NCBI GenBank assembly: GCA_963822445.1
Contig: CAWGHO010000003.1
Location: forward strand, 1,504,001 to 1,568,000
Length of the DNA: 64,000 nt
From: an uncultured Acidobacteriota bacterium
GTDB taxonomy: Bacteria > Acidobacteriota > Thermoanaerobaculia > Gp7-AA8
Direction: 5' to 3'
Under the pieces are notes generated by a model. That model made no database searches and was not told where the DNA came from. It saw only the letters and a program-made list of their open reading frames with translations. The position numbers were made by a program, and so were the translations under genes. Shown in pieces: positions 9,606 to 21,315 of this stretch (position 1 is its first letter; each line of letters opens with the position of its first letter).

Positions 9606-9761
9606 TCTGCGGAAAACGGCCCGCCCTCAACTTCCCGAAGCCGGCATGGGCACGCGGGATTGCGTCGGGCGAAAGCTCAGGGGTAAGGACGGACCGAGAC
9701 GCAAGGATACCAGTCGGCCGGGCGGTTGGCGGGATTCTCGCTTCGTATCGTTCCGTCCGGG

Positions 9762-10463
9762 ATGACCAGCCTCAGAGTGATGTCGTACAACATCCAGGGA
9801 CACGCCGCGATGCGGCGGCAGGACCACCTGCCCAAGCTCGCCGAGGTGATCGCTGCCGTGAAGCCTGACGTCGTCGGCCTGCAGGAGGTCCACTTCCGCA
9901 CCCGCGTCGGGCCGGACCATCAGAGCGAGATCCTGGCGTCTCTGACCGGACTCAACCATCACTTCGGCCGCAGCACGGTCATGGACGGTGGAGATTACGG
10001 AAACGCGGTTCTGACCCGCGGCAACATCACCAACGCGCACGCCTATCCGCTGCCCGGCTCCGGCGAGCCCCGCTCGGTCCTGCAGGCCGACATCGACCTC
10101 GACGGCATGAGCTTCAGCTTTTTCGTCACCCATCTCGCGGCCTGGGGCCGATTGTTGCGCGTGGCCCGGTTGCGCCAGATCGCGGAGGTCGGCGACATCA
10201 TCGCCCGCGGCTCGCTGCCGCACGTTCTGGTCGGCGACTTCAACGTTCCGCCGGCCGCCGAGGAAATCAGAGTGCTGCTCGCGCACGGCCATCTGCGCGT
10301 TTGCGGCGATGCGAAGGAAGCGACGTTTCCGATGACGCGCCAGCGTCTCGATTACGTCTTCTGCGATCCGCGGTGGGAGTTCGTTTCCGCCGAGGTCATG
10401 CGTCGCGGACCGTCCGACCACTGGGCGATCGTCGTCGACCTGAAACTGCGGGAGAGTGAATGA
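9762..10463 (+). CDS. Endonuclease/exonuclease/phosphatase family protein
   Basis: MSYNI, LQEV, GDFN, LDYVF and SDH motifs; overlaps the cls start, as in ybhP-clsB. Confidence 0.9.
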   Translation: MTSLRVMSYNIQGHAAMRRQDHLPKLAEVIAAVKPDVVGLQEVHFRTRVGPDHQSEILASLTGLNHHFGRSTVMDGGDYGNAVLTRGNITNAHAYPLPGSGEPRSVLQADIDLDGMSFSFFVTHLAAWGRLLRVARLRQIAEVGDIIARGSLPHVLVGDFNVPPAAEEIRVLLAHGHLRVCGDAKEATFPMTRQRLDYVFCDPRWEFVSAEVMRRGPSDHWAIVVDLKLRESE

Positions 10464-11734
10464 AGATCGCCGTACCCATCTGGGTGTTGCTCCTGCTCGT
10501 CGTCACGATCGTCGCCCTGGTCGTGATCATCTGGTCGATCAAGCGCCGCCGCCGCCCGCACCTCGGCCTCGAGGAAAGCGAAGGGACCAACGAGAATCTC
10601 ATGCCCTCGATCGCGGGGGTGACCCAGGGAACGATCGTCGATGGGAACAGGATCGAGCTCATTCAGAACGGTGCGCTGTGGGACCGCATGTTCGAGGACA
10701 TGAAGAACGCCAAGGTCACCATCAACTTCGAGACCTTCCTGACCAAATGCGGGACGCTCACCGAGCGGATGACCAACACGCTGATCGACAAGCAGAACCA
10801 GGGCGTGCAGGTCCGGATGATGCTCGACGGCTCCGGCGGGAAAAACTACGGCAAGGTCGATCGGCAGCGCCTGGAGGCAGCGGGTGTGCGCACCGACGAT
10901 TACCACCCCATCAGCATCCGCAACCTCGGCCTGATCAACCAGCGCGATCACCGCAAGCTGGCCATCATCGACGGCCGCATCGGCTACGTCGGCGGCCACT
11001 GTCTCTGCGACGAATGGCTCGGCGAGGCCCAGGACAAGAAGCACTTCCGCGACATCACCGCGCGGGTCGAGGGACCGATCGTCGCGCAGTTGCAGTCGGC
11101 GTTCGCGGAGAACTGGATCGAGGAGACCGGCGAGGTGATCGGCGGGACGAATTTCTTCCCCGAGCTCGAGCCTTGCGGCGACATGAAGGCGCATGCGGTA
11201 TGGATCTCGCCGTCCGGAAGCCCGTCAACTGTAAAACTGCTGCACTACCTGGCCATCCGCGCGGCGAAGAAGCGGATCACCATCCAGAATCCCTACTTTC
11301 TGCCCGATCCGGATGCGCGCAAGGCACTGGTCGACGCGGTGAAGCGCGGGGTGGAGGTGCGGGTGATGATCCCCGCGACCACAGCCAGCGATGCGCCGCA
11401 CGTGCAGCACGCCAGTCACCATCACTACGGCACGCTGCTCAAGGGCGGGGTGAAGCTGTACGACTACGAGAAGACGCTGCTGCACCAGAAGGTGATCATC
11501 GTCGACGGGCTATGGGCGGCGGTCGGCTCGACAAACTTCGACGATCGCTCGTTCGAGATCAATGACGAGGTCTCGCTGGTCGTGCACGACGAGCGTATCG
11601 CCCGCGAACTGGAGGAGACCTTCGAGAAGGACCTGAAGGACGCGAAGGAGGTCAATCTCGAGGAGTGGAAGAAGCGGCCGGTGACGCACAAGATGCAGGA
11701 TCTGATGTTCTTTTTGTTCAACGAGCAGATGTAA
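10460..11734 (+). CDS. cls: Cardiolipin synthase (phospholipase D family)
   Basis: Two HKD motifs (HRKLAIIDG, HQKVIIVDG), GSTNFD, and an N-terminal TM. Confidence 0.9.
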   Translation: MKIAVPIWVLLLLVVTIVALVVIIWSIKRRRRPHLGLEESEGTNENLMPSIAGVTQGTIVDGNRIELIQNGALWDRMFEDMKNAKVTINFETFLTKCGTLTERMTNTLIDKQNQGVQVRMMLDGSGGKNYGKVDRQRLEAAGVRTDDYHPISIRNLGLINQRDHRKLAIIDGRIGYVGGHCLCDEWLGEAQDKKHFRDITARVEGPIVAQLQSAFAENWIEETGEVIGGTNFFPELEPCGDMKAHAVWISPSGSPSTVKLLHYLAIRAAKKRITIQNPYFLPDPDARKALVDAVKRGVEVRVMIPATTASDAPHVQHASHHHYGTLLKGGVKLYDYEKTLLHQKVIIVDGLWAAVGSTNFDDRSFEINDEVSLVVHDERIARELEETFEKDLKDAKEVNLEEWKKRPVTHKMQDLMFFLFNEQM

Positions 11735-11789
11735 GCGGGCAATCCGCCTCATGACCTCCACCGTAGATCCGACAAAGAGGAGGTCATCC

Positions 11790-12230
11790 ATGAAACAGAT
11801 CGCTTTGGCGCTCGTTTTCCTTTTCGCGTTTTCGGCTCTCGCCAATCACCACTCCGAAGCCGCGCTGAAGACGCTCTACCAGCGCCTCGGCGGCTACGAC
11901 GCGATTGCCGCGGTCACCGACGATTTCATCGGCCGCATGGCGGCGGACAAACAGCTCGGCCGGTTCTTCGTCGGACACAGCGAGGACTCACTCAAGAGGA
12001 TCCGCCAGCTCGTCGTCGACCAGCTCTGCGCCGCGACGGGCGGACCGTGCGTGTACATCGGCCGGGACATGAAGTCGGCGCACAAGGGGATGGGCATCAG
12101 CAAGGCGGAATGGAACACCGCGGCTGCTCATCTCGTGGCCACACTGGACAAGTTCAAAGTTCCCGAGGCCGAGAAGAAGGAAGTGCTGGCGGCCATCACG
12201 TCACTGGAGAAAGACATAGTCGAGAAGTAG
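11790..12230 (+). CDS. Group I truncated hemoglobin with signal peptide
   Basis: LYQRLGG, ATGGPCVYIGRDM..AH (proximal His); GAGGAGG SD; leader MKQIALALVFLFAFSALA. Confidence 0.9.
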   Translation: MKQIALALVFLFAFSALANHHSEAALKTLYQRLGGYDAIAAVTDDFIGRMAADKQLGRFFVGHSEDSLKRIRQLVVDQLCAATGGPCVYIGRDMKSAHKGMGISKAEWNTAAAHLVATLDKFKVPEAEKKEVLAAITSLEKDIVEK

Positions 12231-12247
12231 CAGTTATCCTGCGCGGA

Positions 12248-13774
12248 ATGGCCGTGCAGTCGATTCCTGATCCACCAACCGATTCTTACTGGGATTGTTC
12301 TCCCGATTTTCGCGCCCTCTGCCAGCGCAAGCTGAACGACAGCGCGTGGGCGTGGGCGGAGCCGCAACTCGCGGCGATGGGGGAGCGGGCGGCGCGCGAA
12401 GTCGCGCCGCTCGCCGCGATCGCCGATCGCGAAACGCCGCGGCTGATCACGCACGATGAGCGCGGCCGCCGCGTGAATCGCGTCGAGTATCACCCGTCGT
12501 ATCGCGAGATGGAGCGCATCGCCTACGGCTCGGGGATGATCGCCATGAAGTATCAGACCCACGAGCACTCCCAGGCCGCCCCTTTCGTCGGCTTCGCCCT
12601 CGGATATCTCTTCGCCATGGCCGAATGCGGGCTGTATTGCCCGCTGTGCATGACCGACGGCGTCGCGCGCGTGCTGACGCGCCATGGCACGCACGATCAG
12701 GTGATGCGCGTCGTTCCCCATCTCACGTCTGCGGATCCCGCGACGCTCTGGACGGGGGGGATGTTTCTCACCGAGCGCGCCGGCGGATCGGATGTCGGCG
12801 CGAACGAGACCGTCGCCCGCAAAGACGCCGAGGGGAACTGGCGCCTGACCGGGCACAAGTGGTTCTGCTCGAACGTCGACGCGCAGGCAGTGCTCGTGAC
12901 GGCGCGACCGGACGGCGCGAGCGAAGGAACGAACGGCCTGCGCACGTTTCTGCTTCTCACGCGCGACAACCCCGGATTCACGATCGAGCGGCTGAAGGAC
13001 AAGCTCGGCGTGCGCTCGATGCCGACCGGTGAAGTGACGCTGACCGATGCGCCGGCCGAGGAGGTTGGCGGGTTCGCGGCGATGGCGGAGATGCTCAATC
13101 TCTCCCGCCTTTACAACGCCGTCGCGTCGTGCGGCGTGATCGGCCGCGCGGTGTACGAGGCACGGCACTACATCGAGCGGCGTCACGCATTCGGCCGTCC
13201 CATTCTGGAGTGGCCGCTCGCGCAGGAGACGTTCTTCGACATCGAGGCGGAGCAGATCGCCGCGTTGCTGCTGACGTTCGAAACGGTGGACGCGCTCTGC
13301 CGCTCCGACGCGGGAGATGCGGACGCGAAAAAGCTGTTGCGGATCCTCACGCCGATCACGAAAGCGGTCACCGGAAAGCTCGCAGTGCCCTGTGTGTCCG
13401 AGGCGATGGAACTGATCGGCGGAAACGGGTACATCGAAGAGAGCCCATTGCCGCGGCTTCTGCGAGACGCGCAGGTGCTTCCGATCTGGGAAGGGACGAC
13501 GAACATCCTCATCCTCGACGCGCTGCGGGTGATGAACAAGGACGGCAGCGAGGAACTTCTTCTCTCACGCATCCGCAGCCGCTTCCCGCGCGAAGCCGAC
13601 GCGCTGGCGTACACGTTCGCATCACTCGACGAGCACGACGCGCGCGGATGGGTGGACCGCCTGGCACGTCTCTATCAGCTCACACTGCTCGAGGAAGCGG
13701 ATCTCGGCGAGTACTCGCAGACGCTGATGAACCGTCCGCTCGGCCTGATGCCCGGCGCGCGTGCCTGGGTCTAG
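12248..13774 (+). CDS. Acyl-CoA dehydrogenase, AidB-like
   Basis: CPLCMTDG, MFLTERAGGSDV, GHKWFCSN, LKDKLG, GGNGYIEE and IWEGT motifs. Confidence 0.88.
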   Translation: MAVQSIPDPPTDSYWDCSPDFRALCQRKLNDSAWAWAEPQLAAMGERAAREVAPLAAIADRETPRLITHDERGRRVNRVEYHPSYREMERIAYGSGMIAMKYQTHEHSQAAPFVGFALGYLFAMAECGLYCPLCMTDGVARVLTRHGTHDQVMRVVPHLTSADPATLWTGGMFLTERAGGSDVGANETVARKDAEGNWRLTGHKWFCSNVDAQAVLVTARPDGASEGTNGLRTFLLLTRDNPGFTIERLKDKLGVRSMPTGEVTLTDAPAEEVGGFAAMAEMLNLSRLYNAVASCGVIGRAVYEARHYIERRHAFGRPILEWPLAQETFFDIEAEQIAALLLTFETVDALCRSDAGDADAKKLLRILTPITKAVTGKLAVPCVSEAMELIGGNGYIEESPLPRLLRDAQVLPIWEGTTNILILDALRVMNKDGSEELLLSRIRSRFPREADALAYTFASLDEHDARGWVDRLARLYQLTLLEEADLGEYSQTLMNRPLGLMPGARAWV

Positions 13775-14295
13775 CGCAGAAACAGCCAGTCGTTCCCTTC
13801 CTCAGTCCGCCGGACGACCCGCTGCTCACCCTTTTCGAGATGTTCAATCGCGCGAACGACATCGGCGTGGGAGTGGGGCAGGGAGTCGAAGACGTCGCGA
13901 GTTAGAAGTTGGGTGGCGTTGCGCACCGCGAAGATGTCCAGCACCGCGCGCTCGATGTCTTCGCGCAGCGCTTCACGCGTGGCGGCATTCTGTCCGCCTG
14001 AAATGAGTGGCGGAGGAACAGGAACCGGTTCCCGCGACGGTCTGCTCGTTTGCGCGCGGCGGAGTGCACCTTCGAAGTAGGCCGCGCTCAGACCAGTGGC
14101 CCAGTAGAGGATCGCTTTCGCGTTGGCCTGGGTGGTCTCGACGGGAGTGGTGAAGGAAGCGCGATCGGAGGTGCGCTCGAAGGTGATGTGCCCCTCCCAA
14201 GTGCCGTCGCCGCGATCGCGCCCGTACAGGTGCGTGATGTAGGTCTCGCCATCAATCTCGACCGGCGTCTCGAACTGCTGCAGGAGCGTGTGCAT
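13771..14295 (-). CDS. Conserved hypothetical protein with possible C-terminal winged helix
   Basis: GRDRGDGTWEG..ETTQAN..YWATGLS..Y.EGAL.RA core; start supported by an upstream sigma54 site. Confidence 0.6.
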   Translation of the reverse strand: MHTLLQQFETPVEIDGETYITHLYGRDRGDGTWEGHITFERTSDRASFTTPVETTQANAKAILYWATGLSAAYFEGALRRAQTSRPSREPVPVPPPLISGGQNAATREALREDIERAVLDIFAVRNATQLLTRDVFDSLPHSHADVVRAIEHLEKGEQRVVRRTEEGNDWLFLR

Positions 14296-14308
14296 GCGCG
14301 CTGACGCG

Positions 14309-14324
14309 TGCAAGGCGTTCGCCA
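14309..14324 (-). promoter_or_regulatory. Putative sigma54 -24/-12 promoter
   Basis: Minus strand TGGCGAACGCCTTGCA (TGGC-N7-TTGCA); predicted TSS near 14298, 3 nt before ATG 14295. Confidence 0.55.
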
Positions 14325-14344
14325 CGATGGAGTGCCGCACTCCA

Positions 14345-14982
14345 TCAAAACAACGCGATGCCAGATGCTTGCGCGTGCGCGAGCATGTCCAGGTACCGGC
14401 CGCGCGTGATCTCGCGGGCGCCGAGCGCCTCCATGTGCGGGGTCATGACCTGGCAATCGAGGAAAGCGGCGCCGCGTGCGCGCAGGTGCTCGATGAGGAA
14501 CAGCAAAGCCAGCTTCGACGCGTTCGGGCGCAGGTGAAACATGCTCTCGCCGGTGAACACGCCGCCGGCGTCGACGCCGTACAAACCGCCCGCGAGCTCG
14601 TCGCCGTCCCAGGCCTCGATGCTGTGCACGTCGCCCGCTGCGTGAAAGCGCGTGTAGGCGGCGATGATCTTGGGCGCGATCCACGTTCCGTCCTGCTCCG
14701 GCCGGGCGATCCGCGCGCAACCGTGGATCACCTCCGGAAACGCGCGATCGATCGTGAATGTGTACGGCGCGCGGCGCGCCGCTTTCTCGAGCGAGCGGCC
14801 GACGTGCAGCTCGTCGAAAAAGATCACCGCACGGCGGCGCGGCGAGAACCACGGCAAGGGCATGCCCTCGTGTGGCCAGGGAAAGATGCCCTTGCGATAC
14901 GCCTCGCGCAGAGTGTCCACGCGAAGGTCTTCGCCCATGGCGACGATGTCGCTCGGGGCGTAGCGCGGGTCGGGGAAGGTGC

Positions 14983-14986
<4 letters not shown>
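14345..14986 (-). CDS. aat: Leucyl/phenylalanyl-tRNA--protein transferase
   Basis: AYRKGIFPW, HSIEAW, GGLYGV, GESMF and DCQ motifs; lies downstream of clpA. Confidence 0.95.
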
Positions 14987-17201
<2,215 letters not shown>

Positions 17202-17202
<1 letters not shown>

Positions 17203-17522
17203 CAGATGGCTTCCATCGTAACCAACAACGGATATTCATGTTCCCGCGCCAGCGAGGTCGTCTTCTCGACCTTCGTCTCGGCGACTTCGAAGGTGTAGAT
17301 CCCGGCCACGCCGACGCCGCGCAGGTGGACGTTGAGCATGACCTGAATGGCCTGCTCCTCGGGCATGTTGAAGACCGACTCCAGCACCCAGACCACGAAC
17401 TCCATGGTCGTGTAGTCGTCGTTGTGGAGGAGGACCTTGAACAGGGGAGGCTCGGCGACTTTCTCCCGGGTTTCCGCTTCGGCGACTGCGGATTCCTCGT
17501 ACTTCGTGTCCGGCGGCAGCAT
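17202..17522 (-). CDS. clpS: Clp protease adaptor ClpS
   Basis: KVLLHNDDYTTMEFV, MLNVH, EVAETKV and YPL motifs. Confidence 0.95.
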
Positions 17523-17556
17523 CGGCGTGGTCTTAACGCAAAATACGCGCGCGAAT

Positions 17557-18564
17557 ATGCCGCGCCTGCCAGCCACGGTCCGACGCTATGCCCCGGTCGC
17601 GGCTTTCATCGGCGGCTTCGTCTGGGACGCCCTCACCCTCGGCCGCACGATCAAGCCGAGCGACCTGTTCATCCTCCTCGGCTACCTCGCCGGCGCCGCG
17701 GCGATCCTGGTGGCCATCGGGCGGGAAGTGACGTTCCGCGGGTCGCAGTACCTCAACACGGTGCTGCAGTTCCTTTTCGGCGGCATCTTCAGCGCACTGT
17801 TCATCTTCTATTTCCTGAGTTCCAGCAGCCTGCCGGGATATCTGTTCGTGCTGCTTCTCGCGGCGCTTCTGATCGGGAACGAGTTTCTGCACAACGCCTA
17901 CAGCGAGCTGACGTTGTCGTGGGCGTTCTTCACGCTCAGCGCGACGATGTTCTTCAACTTCGCCCTGGCGCATCTCTTCCGGAGCATCAGCACATTCTGG
18001 TTTTACGTCGGCACTCTGCTCGCGGTCCTGCTGGTGATCGCGCTGCGGCGGACGTCGAAGCGCGAATCGAGCTCGGTCAAGCCCGCGATCGGAGTGGCGG
18101 CAGTGATGATCGCGCTGCATATGTTCAACGTGATTCCGCCGGTGCCGCTGGTGAAGAAGCAGATGCTGATCGCGCACGATGTGCGCCGGACGGCTGATGG
18201 CTACGCGTTGACGATCGAGTCGCCGGGCTGGCGCTTCTGGCGCGCGTCGTCGGACACCTTTCATCGCGCGGCGCGCGAGCCCGTGTACTGCTTCACTTCC
18301 GTGTTCGTTCCGACAGGAATTCGCACGACGATTCGCCATCGCTGGGAGCTGCGGACCGACGACGGATGGCGAACCGCGGACCTGCGCTCGTTCAGCATCG
18401 CCGGGGGACGCCAGGCCGGGTATCGCGGCTACACGTACAAGAGCAACGTCGTGCCGGGCGTGTGGCGCGTGACCGCGGAGTCGGAGAGCGGCGCCGCGAT
18501 CGGAATCGTGCAGTTCCGCGTCGAGAACGGCGAGCCTGGTCGAACGAAGAAAATCCGGTTGTGA
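17557..18564 (+). CDS. DUF2914-domain membrane protein
   Basis: About 8 TM segments, IPPVPL, VYCFTSVFVP, GGR..GYRGYTYK and GVWRV motifs. Confidence 0.75.
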   Translation: MPRLPATVRRYAPVAAFIGGFVWDALTLGRTIKPSDLFILLGYLAGAAAILVAIGREVTFRGSQYLNTVLQFLFGGIFSALFIFYFLSSSSLPGYLFVLLLAALLIGNEFLHNAYSELTLSWAFFTLSATMFFNFALAHLFRSISTFWFYVGTLLAVLLVIALRRTSKRESSSVKPAIGVAAVMIALHMFNVIPPVPLVKKQMLIAHDVRRTADGYALTIESPGWRFWRASSDTFHRAAREPVYCFTSVFVPTGIRTTIRHRWELRTDDGWRTADLRSFSIAGGRQAGYRGYTYKSNVVPGVWRVTAESESGAAIGIVQFRVENGEPGRTKKIRL

Positions 18565-18603
18565 TCCTCGTCCGTAGTTCACGCAAACGACGAGGAGGAA
18601 GCA

Positions 18604-19023
18604 ATGACCGAGAACGTAGAGAAGCTTCAGCAGATGTACGCCGCCTTCGGACGCGGCGACATCGCCACCATCCTGGACAACGTGGCCGACGACGTGGACT
18701 GGGGAACCGAAACCGTGGCCACGGAAGTGCCCTGGTATCGCATCCGCCGCGGACGCGCGGGCGTCGCGGAGTTCTTCGAGACACTGGGCCGCGAAGTGGA
18801 GTTCACGAAGTTCCAGCCCACGGCGTTCATCCCGAACGGCGACGAAGTGATCGTGCAGGTCGACTACGACTATCGCCTGCGCAAGAACGGCAAAGGAGCA
18901 CCGGTCGGCTCGATGCACAAGTTCCGCGTGCGCGACGGCAAGGTGACCAGCTTCCGCGTGTATGAGGACACGGCCGCGGTTCGGAGCGCCTGGCGCGACG
19001 GCGCCGTTGATGCGGTGGGTTAA
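18604..19023 (+). CDS. SnoaL/NTF2-like protein
   Basis: YAAFGRGD, DDVDW, GRAGVAEFF and RDGKV..YEDT motifs; GAGGAGG SD. Confidence 0.85.
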   Translation: MTENVEKLQQMYAAFGRGDIATILDNVADDVDWGTETVATEVPWYRIRRGRAGVAEFFETLGREVEFTKFQPTAFIPNGDEVIVQVDYDYRLRKNGKGAPVGSMHKFRVRDGKVTSFRVYEDTAAVRSAWRDGAVDAVG

Positions 19024-19697
19024 ACGGTGATGTGGCCGGGGGCGACTTCCTCCGGCTCCTGTCCCCGCCTGAAGATCCGCGCCGTCTTCTCCCCGAGCAG
19101 CGTCACCCGCCCATCCTCGACCAGCAACGTCGAGCCCTCCCGCAAACCCACCACCGGAGTCTCGTTCTCCTGCAGGTACTCGAGCAAACGCGTCTCGCGG
19201 GTCTCACCCATGTGCGTCGAGTTGGGATCGGCATCGAGATAGTGCGGATTGATCTGGAAGGGCACGAATCCGAGCGCTTCGAACGCCGGCGGGTAGACGA
19301 TGGGCATGTCGTTGGTGGTTTTGATCGTCGGCGCGGTGATGTTCGTTCCGGCGCTCGATCCGATGTACGGCACGCCCTCGTTGCGAACGCGATTGCGAAT
19401 GACGTCGATCAGGTTGCGGTCGTAGAGCGTTTTGAGCAGTCGAAATGTGTTCCCGCCGCTGGTGAAGATCGCGTCCGCGCTCTCGATGTCGCCCGCCTCC
19501 TGCACCTGGATGACGTCGTAGCCCATGGGCGCGACGGCCTCGCGAAAGCGGTTCGTGTTGGCGTCGCGATCGAACTGGGCGAAGGGAATGAAGGCGATGC
19601 GCTTGCGGTCGCCGAGGAAGTTGCGGACGTTGGATTCGTCGTATTCGAGATAGCCGTAGCCGTGAACGATGGTGCTGGAAATGAGCAGCAGTCGCAT
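19020..19697 (-). CDS. pepE: Dipeptidase E (peptidase S51)
   Basis: LLLIS, GGNTF, GSSAG, TTNDMP, QINPHY and HMGETRE motifs. Confidence 0.92.
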   Translation of the reverse strand: MRLLLISSTIVHGYGYLEYDESNVRNFLGDRKRIAFIPFAQFDRDANTNRFREAVAPMGYDVIQVQEAGDIESADAIFTSGGNTFRLLKTLYDRNLIDVIRNRVRNEGVPYIGSSAGTNITAPTIKTTNDMPIVYPPAFEALGFVPFQINPHYLDADPNSTHMGETRETRLLEYLQENETPVVGLREGSTLLVEDGRVTLLGEKTARIFRRGQEPEEVAPGHITV

Positions 19698-19708
19698 GGG
19701 GCGCGAGT

Positions 19709-21304
19709 CTACTTGACCGACCAGGCCCGCGGCCCCGGGGACCACACGAACAGTCCGAGGCCGCTGTTCGCGGGGCGGACGTTCTGCACGCGACGGTTCA
19801 CGGCCCACTTCGTTCCGGACTGCACGGTCCAGAGGTAAGGCTGATCGCGGGCGAGGATGGCGTGGAGGTTGTGATACTGGTCGGCGCGCTGCCGCCGATC
19901 GAATTCTCCGCGCGCCCGCTCCATCAACGCATCCGCCTCCTCGTTCTCGTATCCCACGATGTTGTAACCCTCGGGCGGAACCTGCGAGGAGTGAAACAGC
20001 GAGAACGGATCGGGGTCGGGCTCGTTGACCCAGGCCATGAACGCCGCCTGGTAATTGCGACCGAGGATGTGGTCGTAGAAGGTCGTCGACTCGAGGGGCA
20101 TCACTTCGAGCTTCACGCCGATCTTGGCCAATGCGTCCTGAAAGATCTGCGACTGATCGGCCGTGGGCCGATTGCCGGCGGGGATGAGCAGCTCGAGCTC
20201 GAACTTCTCGCCTTTGCGATCGAGCACTCCATCGGCGTCGGTATCTGTCCATCCCGCCGAGGAGAGCAGCGCGGCCGCGCCCTGCGGGTTGAACTCGATG
20301 GCCTGCACGCTCGGATCGGCGGCCCACTGCTCCGGCGTGAACGGGCCGGTCACCGGCCGGGCGTGACCGAAGTAGAGGCGGTCGATCACCGATTGCCGGT
20401 CGAAAGTCATGGCCAGCGCGCGGCGCACGCGGACGTCGTTCAGCTTCGGATCGGCAAGATTCCAGGCGATGGCGTTGTACGAGAGGAGATACAGATTGAG
20501 GAAGTCGAGCTTCTCTTTGACCGCCGGCTCGTCCTTCGCGCGATGCCAGGTCGAGTTGTTGATGCGGCCGATGTCAAGATCGCCGCGCTTCAACGCGTTC
20601 CAGGCCGTCGTGTCGTCGCTGACCACGCGCAGAATCACATTCTCGATGTGCGGCTTCTCGCGCCAGTAATCGGCGCGGCGCTTGAGGTGCACGGAGCGGC
20701 CGGGCTCGCGCTTGACGAGGACGTACGGCCCGTTGCCGACGACCGCGCGGTTCTTCGCGAAATCACCCTGACCATAAACGTGCTCCGGGAGGACGGGAAC
20801 GTTGAAGGCGAGGAGCTGCGCGACGTGAGCTTCCTTGAAAACGACGTGCACGGTCCGCTCGTCGATAGCCTTGGTCTGCTCCAGATCGAGCGACGCAAAC
20901 GCGCCGCCGAACTGCGGCGAGTCGACGATCTTGCGCAGAGTGAAGACGACATCGCCGGCGCGGACTGGTTTCCCATCGCTGAACGTGGCCCGCGGATCGA
21001 GGTGCAGAACGTACTTGTGACCGCTGTCGAGCACTTCCCACTTCGCGGCGGTGCCGGGGACCGGATTCGCGTCGCTGTCGAGGTCGATGAGCGGGTCGTG
21101 AAGAAACGTCAGGACCTGCCGCTCCTCATCGCTGTCCTGCAGCATCGGATTGAGGGTCTTGACGTCGCCTTCGAGGCGGATGGTGATGCGGCCGCCGTCG
21201 GCCGTTTGCGCCACGGGCTTCGGCGTTGGCGGCGGTGCCGGAGTCTCTTTTCTGCACGACGCCAGCGCGGCGAGCAGGGCAACGGCGAGGAGGGTCCGGC
21301 GCAT
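19709..21304 (-). CDS. Peptide ABC transporter substrate-binding lipoprotein (family 5)
   Basis: Lipobox LASC; FSDGKPV, GNGPY and DVRVRRAL motifs. Confidence 0.9.
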   Translation of the reverse strand: MRRTLLAVALLAALASCRKETPAPPPTPKPVAQTADGGRITIRLEGDVKTLNPMLQDSDEERQVLTFLHDPLIDLDSDANPVPGTAAKWEVLDSGHKYVLHLDPRATFSDGKPVRAGDVVFTLRKIVDSPQFGGAFASLDLEQTKAIDERTVHVVFKEAHVAQLLAFNVPVLPEHVYGQGDFAKNRAVVGNGPYVLVKREPGRSVHLKRRADYWREKPHIENVILRVVSDDTTAWNALKRGDLDIGRINNSTWHRAKDEPAVKEKLDFLNLYLLSYNAIAWNLADPKLNDVRVRRALAMTFDRQSVIDRLYFGHARPVTGPFTPEQWAADPSVQAIEFNPQGAAALLSSAGWTDTDADGVLDRKGEKFELELLIPAGNRPTADQSQIFQDALAKIGVKLEVMPLESTTFYDHILGRNYQAAFMAWVNEPDPDPFSLFHSSQVPPEGYNIVGYENEEADALMERARGEFDRRQRADQYHNLHAILARDQPYLWTVQSGTKWAVNRRVQNVRPANSGLGLFVWSPGPRAWSVK

Positions 21305-21315
21305 GGTCCGAAAGT

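Noticed and set aside
9647-9664. GGCAC..TTGC as a sigma54 promoter for the EEP-cls operon
   Set aside because: GG-to-GC spacing is 11 rather than the required 10.
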